DNA of 41,073 nt, from the NCBI RefSeq assembly GCF_001194135.2, contig NC_068981.1:170174123-170215195 (forward strand), given 5' to 3'. The DNA is from Octopus bimaculoides (taxonomy: Eukaryota). Below, piece by piece: positions 1 to 11,730 of this stretch (position 1 is the stretch's first letter; each line of letters starts with the position of its first letter). A model generated the notes under the pieces. It made no database searches, was not told the origin of the DNA, and was given only the letters and a program-made list of their open reading frames with translations. The position numbers were made by a program, and so were the translations under genes.

Positions 1-46
<46 letters not shown>

Positions 47-80
47 TTATTATAACATATATATATATATATATATATAT
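1..80. repeat. (ATT)n followed by (TA)n microsatellite
   Basis: Read directly from the sequence. Confidence 0.95.
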
Positions 81-1198
81 GGAACAAAAACACAATGGAG
101 GGCATTAAAACGTTCGGACAGAAAGACGATACAAGGGCGGACAAGAGAAACAACAATTAGAAGGACAGGCAAAAAAAAAAAAAGACGGGTCATTCTTTCA
201 CCAGTTAAGTCCCAGAAGTCACGACAATTTCGGGCAGTTACACTTGAGATGGTTCAATCTGAACTGTCTGTCTGCATGTCTATCTACATATACGTGTATA
301 TTTATATGTTTGTATATCATAGTAACTCCAACAGCAATCCTCGACCATGAAATCTCGAAATATATATTCTTAACAGATATGAACAGTACCTAAATACAAT
401 AGTATAGAAGAACTCTACCGATTAGAGAGATTTCCGAAATATATTTTCCTTTATTGACTTTATGCCCGTTTATTTCAATTCCCATCTCTCTCGCTTTTAT
501 CTTTCTCTTTCTTTCTTTATACACCCTCCCTCTCATTCGTTCACACTTTCTCTATCCTCTTCTCTCTTTCTCTACCTATTTTCTACTGCTGATGGGTTTG
601 CAATACAACGAGTGGTTGTTCTGTCTAATTCTCATGTGGCTTTATGCAGAAGAATTACATCAGGCGATATTGGGAAAAACCTACAACGCAAAGATAATTC
701 ACTGAGCTTGCACGTATCACGCTATTATTTCGCACAAACTCATTTGGAGCGGAAAGAAATCATCCAGTTCAAGTGAAAGAGCTCGGTATGTTTAGCCTAA
801 TGTTTCACAGTAAACAGAACATTTACTATTGCTGAACATCTGCCATTCTAATTGTAGGTAGATGACTTGTCTATGGAAACGTATGCGCTGTTCATTTCCT
901 GTTGAACAAAGATATGCGATACATGTCCATCTGAAGTCTCTCCTGTTGGGTGAGTCAGATGTCTGTGATTCCTTCATTCCTGTTTAAATATATCACGTTA
1001 TACATATAACTTGGTGAAGATTAACTCTTAGCTCTCTCAATGATGAACAGAATTTAAAGGCGAACACAGACAACGGTTGTCACTTCTTCGGTTGAGGAAC
1101 TGTCGTTAGCACATATAAGTTAACTGAGGGAGTTTCGAATATGTACATCATAGTATGTAAGTACGCATGCATGTATCAACCAATCTCTCTTTCTCATC

Positions 1199-1199
<1 letters not shown>

Positions 1200-1234
<35 letters not shown>

Positions 1235-1268
1235 AATCAATCAATCAATCAGTTTATCTCTCTATCTC

Positions 1269-1331
<63 letters not shown>

Positions 1332-1348
1332 GTGTGTGTGTGTGTGTG
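1200..1348. repeat. Compound (CT)n/(TCAA)n/(TCTA)n/(GT)n microsatellite running into an assembly gap
   Basis: Read directly; N-run follows at 1349-2224. Confidence 0.95.
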
Positions 1349-2228
1349 NNNNNNNNNNNNNNNNNNNNNNNNNNNNNNNNNNNNNNNNNNNNNNNNNNNN
1401 NNNNNNNNNNNNNNNNNNNNNNNNNNNNNNNNNNNNNNNNNNNNNNNNNNNNNNNNNNNNNNNNNNNNNNNNNNNNNNNNNNNNNNNNNNNNNNNNNNNN
1501 NNNNNNNNNNNNNNNNNNNNNNNNNNNNNNNNNNNNNNNNNNNNNNNNNNNNNNNNNNNNNNNNNNNNNNNNNNNNNNNNNNNNNNNNNNNNNNNNNNNN
1601 NNNNNNNNNNNNNNNNNNNNNNNNNNNNNNNNNNNNNNNNNNNNNNNNNNNNNNNNNNNNNNNNNNNNNNNNNNNNNNNNNNNNNNNNNNNNNNNNNNNN
1701 NNNNNNNNNNNNNNNNNNNNNNNNNNNNNNNNNNNNNNNNNNNNNNNNNNNNNNNNNNNNNNNNNNNNNNNNNNNNNNNNNNNNNNNNNNNNNNNNNNNN
1801 NNNNNNNNNNNNNNNNNNNNNNNNNNNNNNNNNNNNNNNNNNNNNNNNNNNNNNNNNNNNNNNNNNNNNNNNNNNNNNNNNNNNNNNNNNNNNNNNNNNN
1901 NNNNNNNNNNNNNNNNNNNNNNNNNNNNNNNNNNNNNNNNNNNNNNNNNNNNNNNNNNNNNNNNNNNNNNNNNNNNNNNNNNNNNNNNNNNNNNNNNNNN
2001 NNNNNNNNNNNNNNNNNNNNNNNNNNNNNNNNNNNNNNNNNNNNNNNNNNNNNNNNNNNNNNNNNNNNNNNNNNNNNNNNNNNNNNNNNNNNNNNNNNNN
2101 NNNNNNNNNNNNNNNNNNNNNNNNNNNNNNNNNNNNNNNNNNNNNNNNNNNNNNNNNNNNNNNNNNNNNNNNNNNNNNNNNNNNNNNNNNNNNNNNNNNN
2201 NNNNNNNNNNNNNNNNNNNNNNNNACGT

Positions 2229-2475
2229 AACAGCTTGCTCGTGAAATTAACGTGCAAGTGGCTGAGCACTCCACAAACACATGTACCCTTAACGTAGTTG
2301 TCATGGAGATGCAGCGTGACACAGAGTGTGAAAAGGCTGGCCCTTTGAAATACAAGTACTACTCATTTTTGTCAGCTGAGTGGATTGGATAAACGTGAAA
2401 TAAAGTGTCTTGCTCAAGGACACAACGCGTCGCCGTGAATTGTACTCACGACCTTACGATCGTCAGCATGTGAAT
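2229..2475 (-). mobile_element. tRNA-derived SINE, local family C (partial; 3' part runs into the gap)
   Basis: Highly similar to 5165-5505 (acagcttgctcgtgaaattaa...aaataaagtgtcttgctcaaggacaca). Minus strand has a B-box-like motif followed by a CORE/V-like gtgtccttgagcaagacact block. Confidence 0.85.
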
Positions 2476-2562
2476 ATATTTATATTAAGATGAACTGTGT
2501 TTATCTCCATTACTAATTCTATATCAGCTCAATCTGGATTTCTATTATTGCCATCGGCGACG

Positions 2563-2775
2563 AAGCAGTGATCTGGCAGAATCGTTAACACGCCGGGAAA
2601 TATGCTGAGCGGTATTTTATCTGTCACTACGTTCTGAGTTCAAATTCCGCCAAGGTCGACTTTGCCTTTCATCGTTTAGAGATCGATAAATTAAGTACCA
2701 GTGAAACACTGGGGTGGATGTAAACGACACGCCTCCTCCCCTTAGATGTTAGGCCTTGCACCTATAGTAGAGAGG
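2563..2775 (+). mobile_element. tRNA-derived SINE, local family B (Meta-domain-like), with 19-bp target-site duplication
   Basis: Head tggcagaatcgtta, B box gagttcaaattcc, central gtcgactttgcctttcatc...gataaattaagtaccag. Flanked by attattgccatcgg(c/t)gacg at 2544-2562 and 2776-2794. Confidence 0.88.
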
Positions 2776-2908
2776 ATTATTGCCATCGGTGACGGTGCAG
2801 TCTTTGTCCAGGAAGAGAATTCGAACTTTACGTCTAATTCCTTTTGACCACTACTATGTTTTCTATACTAGGCATACTCACCTCTCAGCTACGGTATGTT
2901 ATGCCATG

Positions 2909-2939
<31 letters not shown>

Positions 2940-3184
2940 TANNNNNNNNNNNNNNNNNNNNNNNNNNNNNNNNNNNNNNNNNNNNNNNNNNNNNNNNNNN
3001 NNNNNNNNNNNNNNNNNNNNNNNNNNNNNNNNNNNNNNNNNNNNNNNNNNNNNNNNNNNNNNNNNNNNNNNNNNNNNNNNNNNNNNNNNNNNNNNNAGAT
3101 ATACATATATATACATATATTATTATATATGTATATATACACACATATATATATATACATATATACATATATATATATATTATG

Positions 3185-3216
<32 letters not shown>

Positions 3217-3222
3217 ATATAT

Positions 3223-3668
3223 ATAGGCGTAGGAGTTGATGTGTGGTAAGTAGGTATAGGCGTAGGAGTGGCTGTGCGGTAAGTGGCTTGCTTCCCAACC
3301 ACATGGTTCCGGGTTCAGTCCCACTGCGTGGCACCTTGGGCTAGTGTCTTCTACTATAGCCTCGGGCCGACGAAAGCCTTATGAGTCGATTTGGTAGACG
3401 GAAACTTCAAGAAGCCCGTCTTATATATGCATATATATATATATGTATGTGTGTATGTGTTTGTGCGTCTGTGTTTGTTCACCCAACATCACTTTGCAAC
3501 CGATGCTGGTGTGTTTACGTGCCTGTAACTTAGCGGTTTGGCAAAAAAGACCGATTGAATAAGTACTAGGCTTACAAAGAATAAGTCCTGGGGTCGATTT
3601 GCTCGAATAAGAGCGGTGCTCCAGCATGGCAACAGTCAAATGACTGAAACAAGTAAAAGAGTAAAAGG
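3223..3668 (+). mobile_element. tRNA-derived SINE, local family A (CORE-like), with duplicated 5' head and internal TA/TG microsatellite
   Basis: A box gtggctgtgcggtaag, B box gggttcagtccc, CORE-like gcaccttgggc(a)agtgtctt, tail gtaaaagagtaaaag. Homologous to copies at 10065, 21963, 22246 and 30226. Confidence 0.9.
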
Positions 3669-5164
3669 GTATATATACACTCACACACACATTTATTTAT
3701 ATATTTATATGGGTATTTGTGTCTATATACGTATGTGTGTTTTTATATGCGTATGCTTTTATACATAGTTGCAAATTATGTATAACTTTAAAAGAATTTC
3801 CAGAACGTGTTAATTCTAACGTGTAAACCATCATTACATTTCGAAATAAACGGATTGATTTGACACTCTTTCATTACGCACAGTATCCTACACACTTCTA
3901 CATTCATATTCAAATACCCACAAAGGCTCCCAAACGAGCGTGTGCAGACACACTAACTCACGTGTATAGTTCTGTCTGACCGTGCGCTTGTATGCACTTG
4001 TGTCATTTTATTGGATTTTTATACATAGTCTCGTAAGACTTCTTGTTATGCTTCAATTCATCTGCTTCGCTAATTAATGCACTTTCAAGTGATATATAGG
4101 CCAAATGTCTTGTACTTTGTTGTCGAAATCCGGTTTTTGCATCATTTATAAATCCGTCTATGTACTTTGGCAAGTATGTTATCCATTATGGGTTGATTTT
4201 ATCCCATCCTATACTCTTTAAGCTACAGTAGACACAAATGTGCCTTCATCATGCATAGCAAATGCTTTGATGGATTTGTGACCAAAAATTATATTTTTTT
4301 TGTTTTTGTTTTATATACCATGTAGATAACGTTTGCTTGATGGTAAATCAAATATTGATGATTTTGCCGAATTTGGTGATTACTCATACAGAACCATAAT
4401 ACTGAAGTCAAGTTAAGTTTAGCCATTATAGCAGTGAATACGTTTTAGAAATTTACAGACTAAAGAAAAAATACCAAGTTCCATCTTTTTCTTTTTTTTT
4501 TTTCATTTCAATGTAATTCTATCGCTGTAGAAGTGAATTACAGTATGAACCGTCGAGTTTGTTGCCTGGTATAGTCAGATATCTGACAAGGGATCAAATG
4601 GTTTGTCATTAGCCAACAGTTATTGACGTTTTAATGTTTTCAGATTTATCACATTAGTTCTCAGCAGCCGGTTCTCTAATTTGTATGCATCACGCCGTGT
4701 TGCTCTAGTTGTCATTTTGAGGGGAAAGATTTAATAAAGTTGACAAAAGAAGTATCTCTAACAATGACTTTGATAAAACTAGATATTAATATACATAGTT
4801 TACGGTGGTAGCAGGTGTTTTTATATGTAGTTGTATATGAAATAAAGGATAGCTGAATAGAAGACAAAGAACAGTGACTGTTTTATAAATGTTGGTTAAA
4901 TGACATATAGCCCCCAGCTGCAATAAATAGAACTTCTTCGAAGTGGCACGAAATTTCTACGTTTCTATGGGCTTGTTAATGCTTCAAGAAAATTCTCTTC
5001 ACATATAAATGTGGCAAGTAAAATATTGTTTTACCTGTCAACACCTTACAAAACTAATGTCAAACACAATTAGCTGCACGTTGGTAACGTTCGGTTACGT
5101 GTTGTAGCATTCTCTGTTTAACATTACCAAATAGTTTACTAGAAAAAAAAAAAAATTTGGTGTC

Positions 5165-5505
5165 ATTTGACAAGAAATATATTCATTATAGCGCTCCGTC
5201 GGTTACGTCGACGAGGGTTCCAGTTGGTCCGATCAAAGGAACAGCTTGCTCGTGAAATTAAAGCACAAATAGCTGAGCACCCCACAGATAAGCGTACCCT
5301 TAACGTAGTACTCAGGGACATCCAGCGTGACACGTGACAAAGATGGTAGTTTAAAATACAGCTACTACTCATTTTTGCCAGCTTAATGTAGTGGAGCAAC
5401 ATGAAATAAAGTGTCTTGCTCAAGGACACACGCGTCACCGGGAATTGAACTCATGACCTTACGATCTTAGCAGAATAACATAACTGCTAAGCCACGCAAC
5501 TTCAT
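5165..5505 (-). mobile_element. tRNA-derived SINE, local family C (near full length)
   Basis: Minus strand: A box tggcttagcag, B box gagttcaattcc, then gtgtccttgagcaagacact. Matches 2229-2475. Confidence 0.87.
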
Positions 5506-5834
5506 TGTTCCTCATTCTTTAGAAGAATGTAGAATGGGAAGGTTGATATTTATGTATAAATGAGATAAAATTGTGTTAAACAGAAACTGGGAACATTTCG
5601 TGATTTGCAGGGAGTAGTATATTCAAAAATTACTTTCAATTTAGTATTATGTTTTTAAGATATTGATATTTATTGTCGGATAGAAAGTCCTATTTGATTG
5701 GGGTGGATAACAAAATAATTGTGGTATCTATTTCATAGATTCCGTTGCATTTCTCAACAGTGAAAGCAAAATCATGGAAGCACAATTTTAGCATAGCTGC
5801 TGGTTGAAATTGTGTTTATGCAGGATAGCTAATG

Positions 5835-6000
5835 CTGCATAAGAATTCAGTTCTGATCAAGCAGACGTATAATCACAGCTGTGACTATCTCATCGTTTTA
5901 AAATCAGGGTCTGCGCTTTCAAATGCAACCTTCATTTTTTTTCTCATTCATTTCTTCTTAAGGGAAATTTGACGGTTCTTTCTATCAGAGTAGCCACCAC
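5835..6000 (-). mobile_element. Degenerate copy of dispersed repeat family D
   Basis: ctgatcaagcagacgtataatcacagctgtgactatc and gggaaatttgacggttctttcta resemble reverse complements of the family D motifs at 30-35 kb. Confidence 0.45.
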
Positions 6001-6499
6001 GTAGAGATATTCTCGTTGGCACACAGGAGAATGCAGATGAATGGAAATATAATTGTAAATATGTCCTAAGGTGTTCTAATTTTTAATTGCCTATGTTTAG
6101 AAAATCTGGAGGTATTTAAGCTTACTTCTTATTACCTGGTTGATGCAATGTAGTGTAGATCAATATCTAGAAGGATAACGGAGTCTCTGTAATGAAATAA
6201 GAAGTTTACTCGTTAATGTATTCGGCTACACCATTAGTATTATATTAACGATTAAACTCATTCAATAATATTACATTAAAAAAATATGGGAAGAGACGGA
6301 TAGAATACATATATCACAGTTACATCTTGTAATGTTCTGAATTCAGTTCAAATCATGGATCAACTAACCTTTCTCAGTGAAATTGCTGTTAAGAGAGAAT
6401 ATACTGGGAGGTGTTCAAAATACATCTCAGTATTTCATTTTAGCCTGCTCAAAACTAAGAAATCATTTGATTACAGAAAGTAAAAGGAAACATGTATTA

Positions 6500-8600
6500 C
6501 TAATGTTCACATTAATCACCGATTAGCCGCTACCTGTAAACACTCTAACGGAACACAAATAATGTCAGACAAAAATAGAATACTTAAAAGAAAAGATGAA
6601 AATAACCATGAACACAGGATGAGTACAATATAAAATCCTTAAAAAAAGTATAAAAATCATTCTAACCATTTATACTAACATATGAAATGCATATAACTTA
6701 AGTTGACCTGTGAGAAGCAAAACAATGAAATAAAGAAAATTTAACACAACAAAACACTTAAATACCTATGAAATATTAACCAACAATAACCGGACCAGAA
6801 CCACAGCAAAGCAAATAGGAACACAAGTGAAAATGAGTTATAAGTGTATTACACTGGATATTTTAAAGGTGATAGTGCTCTAAAAGTGTAAATAAAAAAT
6901 TTAAATCGATTGCAAAGATACGTAAATATCAAAAGTAGAACCTTCCAACCACACAATGATAAAAATTAATGATAATATCACAACATCAATAAAAACAGAA
7001 ATAAACATTAGACTTACAAACATCAATATCACCAGGATAAACAGTGTAGTCTATGCAGCAGCCATAATGATAAAGAAAAAAATGTTGGTACATTCTCAAA
7101 ATTATTCATAGATGAACATCTTAACCCTTAACATCTGCAGTAAGCAACGTTAAAAACAAGTACCCAGACAAAAATAGAAAGTGAAATTAAACATGCGAAA
7201 CGAAAAACACAAATTTAAAAGGGTGAGATAGTAAATGAAGCATCATTACAAGAAAAAAGTATACGAATTGAAAAGTGTATAAGATAGATCTTTAAGAAAT
7301 TGTCCGTAATTTGCTGTTAGGAAAAGCGGTCGTACTTTTTGAAGTCAACAAAGAAATTCGACTGACTGTATATGATTTTAAACGCGAAGAATGGAAAAAT
7401 GATTTAAAATCATTGCCGCGTCAAGTGAAACTTTACTATGAAATGTTCGTCAAGAACAAGAAATGATACGTGCCATACATGTGGACTTTGGAGAAACAAT
7501 GATAGCATATAATGTCATTCAGACTCTACAGAAAAGGAACGATTAAAAAAGCACCATAAATAAGAAAATTTCAAATCTTGGTTTAAATATTTAATAGGTA
7601 CACGCACACATCGAAAAAAAAAAATGAAAAAAGGCTGGCAAAACATTCATTGATTTATTGCATAAGGTAGAAATAACACCTATGTAGCTGACATAGTGGT
7701 AAACCATTTTCATGTACGAGATCATAAAAATAATCACGCCCACCCAACAAAACTACAGCCCCATGCCCTGTATGCTTATAATATTCAACGACTTAACTGG
7801 AATAATATTCCAGAAAAATACTCACTTGGGAATATCAATTCACTTACAGTGCAGAAGGGATGATGCGAAAGCTCATATATTTTTAATGACCAATTGCTGA
7901 CCAACAAATCCATAATAGACGTCTGCAGAAGGAGAAAAACGGGTTTGATGATAGCATGGATTATTTTGAGGAAGGCTTATGACAATTTTCCATACCTGTA
8001 GATGCTCGAAACATTGGCCATGAGCAAATTAATAAATAAGCTCATGAAATATGTCCCAATAAATATCAGACAATCCTGCAGATACAAATAAAAGTCATGA
8101 AAGAAGATTGCGGTTATCATGGATTGCTAAGAAGAATACTTTTGACATTTTTTTCTTCCAATGGATCCAAGTAACTTGGGCTATGGGTAAAATAATAAGC
8201 AGGTTCATAGAAAATGACACGGATAAATGGTAAACAACCTCGCAGATGCAAATAAATGAGGGAATTATAAAAACGACAACGCAATGCTAGTAGAAGATAA
8301 ATTTTCTCCTCTGTTTTCCTGCTTGGCGCTAACAGCCTTAAATAGCATGTTGTGAGCAGACTGGTGTTAGATACAATTTCGACAGGAGGACAATCAATCA
8401 TAATTTATGTGTGGATGAACTCATGTTGAATATTGCATACGTTGTATATTGTATATGACAAACGACTGGGAAGAGTGGTACATAAATTACATAGATTTAA
8501 TTATGGAACTAACATGAAATTTCGTTTAGAAAAATGAGCCAACGCACCTTAAAGAGAAGAAAATTAGTAAAAGCTACTATCATGTTATATAAAAATGTAG
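6500..8600 (+). pseudogene. Decayed R4/Dong-clade non-LTR retrotransposon ORF (reverse transcriptase region)
   Basis: Manual translation across stops and frameshifts: INSVVYAAAIMI (~7050), NYSPMPCM..LTGII (~7750), DQLLTNKSIIDVCRRRKTGLMIAWIILRKAYD (7888 onward), EDKFSPLFSCLAL (~8300), INHNLCVDELML (degenerate YMDD, ~8400), MKFRLEK* (~8515). Boundaries are approximate. Confidence 0.8.
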
Positions 8601-8728
8601 GACACCTAGCATTGCACTATATAATATTAGATACACTGCTTTCCTAAAATTAGTTATGCTCATGACTGGAAAGTTTTTGTTGGTAGGTTTGCTTGATTGT
8701 TGCTGACCTGGATATAATAAAACTTTTC

Positions 8729-8885
8729 TGTATCACTGTGGTGATATATATTATAATATAACATAATATATAATATAATATAATATAATATTACTGTATC
8801 ATTGTAGTGATATACATATATAATAATATAATACAATATTATTGTATTATTGTAATGATATATATAAAAATATAATATAATATGC
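8729..8885. repeat. Three degenerate units of tgtatca(c/t)tgt(g/a)gtgatata separated by (ATATA)n spacers
   Basis: Unit starts at 8729, 8795 and 8843. Confidence 0.6.
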
Positions 8886-8914
8886 TATAATGTCATAATT
8901 CAAAGATGTCTCTG

Positions 8915-8990
8915 CCTATTCCCTTGACTTGCTAGAAATAGTAGCCAACTCCCCAGGAACAGAGATAAAGATTTATATCAAATACGCAGT
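8915..8990 (+). mobile_element. Fragment of dispersed repeat family D
   Basis: gacttgctagaaatagtagccaac matches the gctagaaa(c/t)agcagccaaat motif. Confidence 0.5.
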
Positions 8991-9051
8991 CTTACAAATA
9001 TTTAGGATTTAATTGCCTCTTCTGAGTACAATATCCACTAATTTCAGTTAG

Positions 9052-9603
9052 CTAAGGGAGCTCTCCATCACTACCACAAAGGCCGCTCTCACCGCCGCCA
9101 TAACCACCATCACCGCCACTGCAACCACCACCGCAATCACCATCGCCACCGCTGCAACCACCACCTCCACCGCTACCGCCGCAACCACTACCTNNNNNNN
9201 NNNNNNNNNNNNNNNNNNNNNNNNNNNNNNNNNNNNNNNNNNNNNNNNNNNNNNNNNNNNNNNNNNNNNNNNNNNNNNNNNNNNNNNNNNNNNNNNNNNN
9301 NNNNNNNNNNNNNNNNNNNNNNNNNNNNNNNNNNNNNNNNNNNNNNNNNNNNNNNNNNNNNNNNNNNNNNNNNNNNNNNNNNNNNNNNNNNNNNNNNNNN
9401 NNNNNNNNNNNNNNNNNNNNNNNNNNNNNNNNNNNNNNNNNNNNNNNNNNNNNNNNNNNNNNNNNNNNNNNNNNNNNNNNNNNNNNNNNNNNNNNNNNNN
9501 NNNNNNNNNGCCGCCGCCGTAGCCGCCGCCGTAGCCGCCGCCGTAGCCGCCGCCGTAGCCACCGCCGTAGCCGCTGCCACCACCACCACCACCACCACCA
9601 CCA
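9052..9603 (-). CDS. Candidate Gly/Tyr/Cys-rich low-complexity exon, (GGGY)n...GSGCGGSGGGGGCSGGDGDCGGGCSGGDGGYGGGESGLCGSDGELP*
   Basis: Gly-rich frames on both sides of the 316-N gap; regular 12-bp GGCGGCGGCTAC unit; possible acceptor cttacAG at 9605-9604; TAG at 9054-9052. Frame across the gap is unverified, and it may be non-coding. Confidence 0.3.
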   Translation of the reverse strand, partial: WWWWWWWWWQRLRRWLRRRLRRRLRRRLRRRXXXXXXXXXXXXXXXXXXXXXXXXXXXXXXXXXXXXXXXXXXXXXXXXXXXXXXXXXXXXXXXXXXXXXXXXXXXXXXXXXXXXXXXXXXXXXXXXXXXXXXXXXXGSGCGGSGGGGGCSGGDGDCGGGCSGGDGGYGGGESGLCGSDGELP

Positions 9604-9739
9604 CTGTAAGTAATGCTATAACAGCTGATGAATCTAACATCTCTACGAGACGAGAAACTTCTTGGAAAGCAACGATGGATCGTATTGAATGAAAACTGAA
9701 AGTCGAAGGCGATTGGCAAATGTAGTTGTGAAAGGAAAT

Positions 9740-9860
9740 CCTTTATTGAGCAGACCATGCTTAGGCATCTTTAGCATGTCAGTCCTATCTTTTCCTAAGA
9801 CGTTACGTACATTCTCTTTGCGATGAATGGAAGATGTGATTTTTAGCGGCTGCAATGCTT
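9740..9860 (-). mobile_element. Degenerate family D fragment
   Basis: attgagcagaccatgcttaggcatctttagcatgtcagtcctatctttt resembles the reverse complement of the family D 3' region. Confidence 0.35.
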
Positions 9861-10064
9861 AGACAAAGGCTTCTAAGTTAGTGGAAAAAATTAAAATTCT
9901 GTTGTTCCTTTGACTGTGGTGACTTCAGATTACACACTTCCATATATTTTCCAGACATATTGTTAGGCTTACTATTATTTACGTCTCACTTTTAAAAGCT
10001 GTAGAATGTTATTAAATTCATGAAAGAATTGGCTATGTCTAGTAAGACAAGCGAATAAGTAACT

Positions 10065-10227
10065 AGGCGCAGGAGTGGCTGTGTGGTAAGTGGGTTGCTT
10101 ACCAACCACATGGTTCCGGGTTCAGTCCCACAGCGTGGCACCTTGGGCAAGTGTCTTCTACTATAACCTCTGGCGGACCAAAGTCTTGTCAGTGGATTTG
10201 CTAGACGAAAACTGCAAGAAGCCTATC

Positions 10228-10271
<44 letters not shown>

Positions 10272-10700
10272 AATGTATGAGTATATGCATATATATGTAC
10301 ATGTATGTACATACCTTCATCTACATGTACATATAGCTACATATCTGGGTACATGACGTTGCAAAAAAAAAACATGGACAAAATGATAAACAAGGTACAA
10401 AAAACACGCAGCCCACATAGAGAACATATCCTTCATCAGCTGCCACCATTAAAACACTGGCGTTTCGAAGAATATATATGTATGTATGTGTGTATATGTG
10501 TGTCTGTGTTTATGTTTGTACCCCAAAATCGCTTGACAACCGATGTTGGTGTGTTTATGTACTCGTAATCTAGCTGTTAAGCAAAAGGGCCCGATAGAAT
10601 AATTACATTAAGTACAAGGCTTACTAAGAATAAGTTTTGCTTGACTAAAAGGCGGTGCTCCAGCATAGCCGCAGTCAAATGACTGAAACAAATAAAAGAA
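10065..10700 (+). mobile_element. SINE family A, with expanded internal (TA)n and a nested ~120-bp insert (~10350-10472)
   Basis: aggcgcaggagtggctgtgtggtaag...gggttcagtccc...gcagtcaaatgactgaaacaaataaaaga. Confidence 0.9.
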
Positions 10701-11454
10701 TATCTTTGAGTTGTTATATTATATAATATTATACGTTGTTCGGGTCAACAATGATTCAGCAAAACTATAAAGAAATTAATTATCCTTTATTCACCATTCT
10801 TTAATCAAGGGGGGAAAACTGTAATATTATAAAATACAGTGATTCGTGTCCAACATTTTAAAATAAATAAAGAGTTGAGTGTTCTTTCTAGAAGGTTCTA
10901 TAACCATCTAAGTTTCTGTTTTTGGCTTCTAACATCAGGTGAGTTTATAATTCCTTTGCGTTGTTTTAGAAAGTTTAAGAAAATTAGCTACGCCCCAAAT
11001 ATACCAGCTATTAAAGGATATTTTCATTTTACATGGAGAACTAAATTAGGGCTAAATGATTAACAACATTAACTTATATTAATTTACATTAATTTTTTCA
11101 AATCATAATTTTGCACCCCTTTGAGATCTTATCAATCCCAGATTGCAGAAGATTTATACTGTTTTGGAAATAAGAAACAGTAGAGATAACAAAAGGCGAA
11201 ATCAATGTTGACTAATGAGGTTTATCTCTATTCTAAACATTAAAGACTTAGATTCCTCGTCAAAGAGTAATATATCTCTATCTTGTGAGGATTCTAAGAA
11301 TGTCATATAGCCATTGTATCTATATTTTACCAAATTAGACTGATAATTGTACGAGAATACATTGGAAGGTATTTCAGTAGCGTTAGTATTCATTTGAATG
11401 TTTGCTGTATATATATTAATGATTTAGGCACACAATATATATTTATATACATAT

Positions 11455-11730
11455 ATTTCTTTATTGCCCACAAGGGGCTAAACATAGAGGAGACAAACAA
11501 GGACAGACAAAGGGAGGGTTAAGTCGATATACATATATATATTTATATATTAATGATCTAGACACACGGCCAGAGGGAAAAGAAGGGACCGTTGCTCGAT
11601 ATCATTGACCGCAGTATTCATAAATACCGAAAGAAGGAAAGAAAAATTTACCCGAGTGAATTTGAGCTGAGAACAGCAAGAAACACTACAAAGAATTTTC
11701 CGATGCTCTAACGATCCCGCTAATCCACCG
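11455..11730 (-). mobile_element. SINE family B: a well-preserved 3' tail (11455-11530) plus an older degenerate copy
   Basis: atttctttattgcccacaaggggctaaacatagagg... matches the tail at 25088-25160. The downstream gaatttgagctgagaac...ctaacgat is a degenerate reversed head. Confidence 0.7.

Noticed and set aside
85-265. Minus-strand ccgaaattgtc segment reminiscent of a Penelope-type terminus
   Set aside because: No CUGANGA core is found upstream and there is no second copy in the window, so it cannot be supported.
454-977. Short ORFs near the window start
   Set aside because: They are driven by CT-rich low-complexity sequence and show no recognisable motif.
10350-10472. Minus-strand GAAACG...CTGATGAAGG, resembling a permuted hammerhead, inside the family A TA tract
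   Set aside because: No UH cleavage triplet or stem III can be formed and stem II is at most 3 bp. It is probably a fragment of another repeat.
11202-11393. Protein-looking 63-aa minus-strand ORF
   Set aside because: No recognisable domain or splice signals; the length is within chance expectation.
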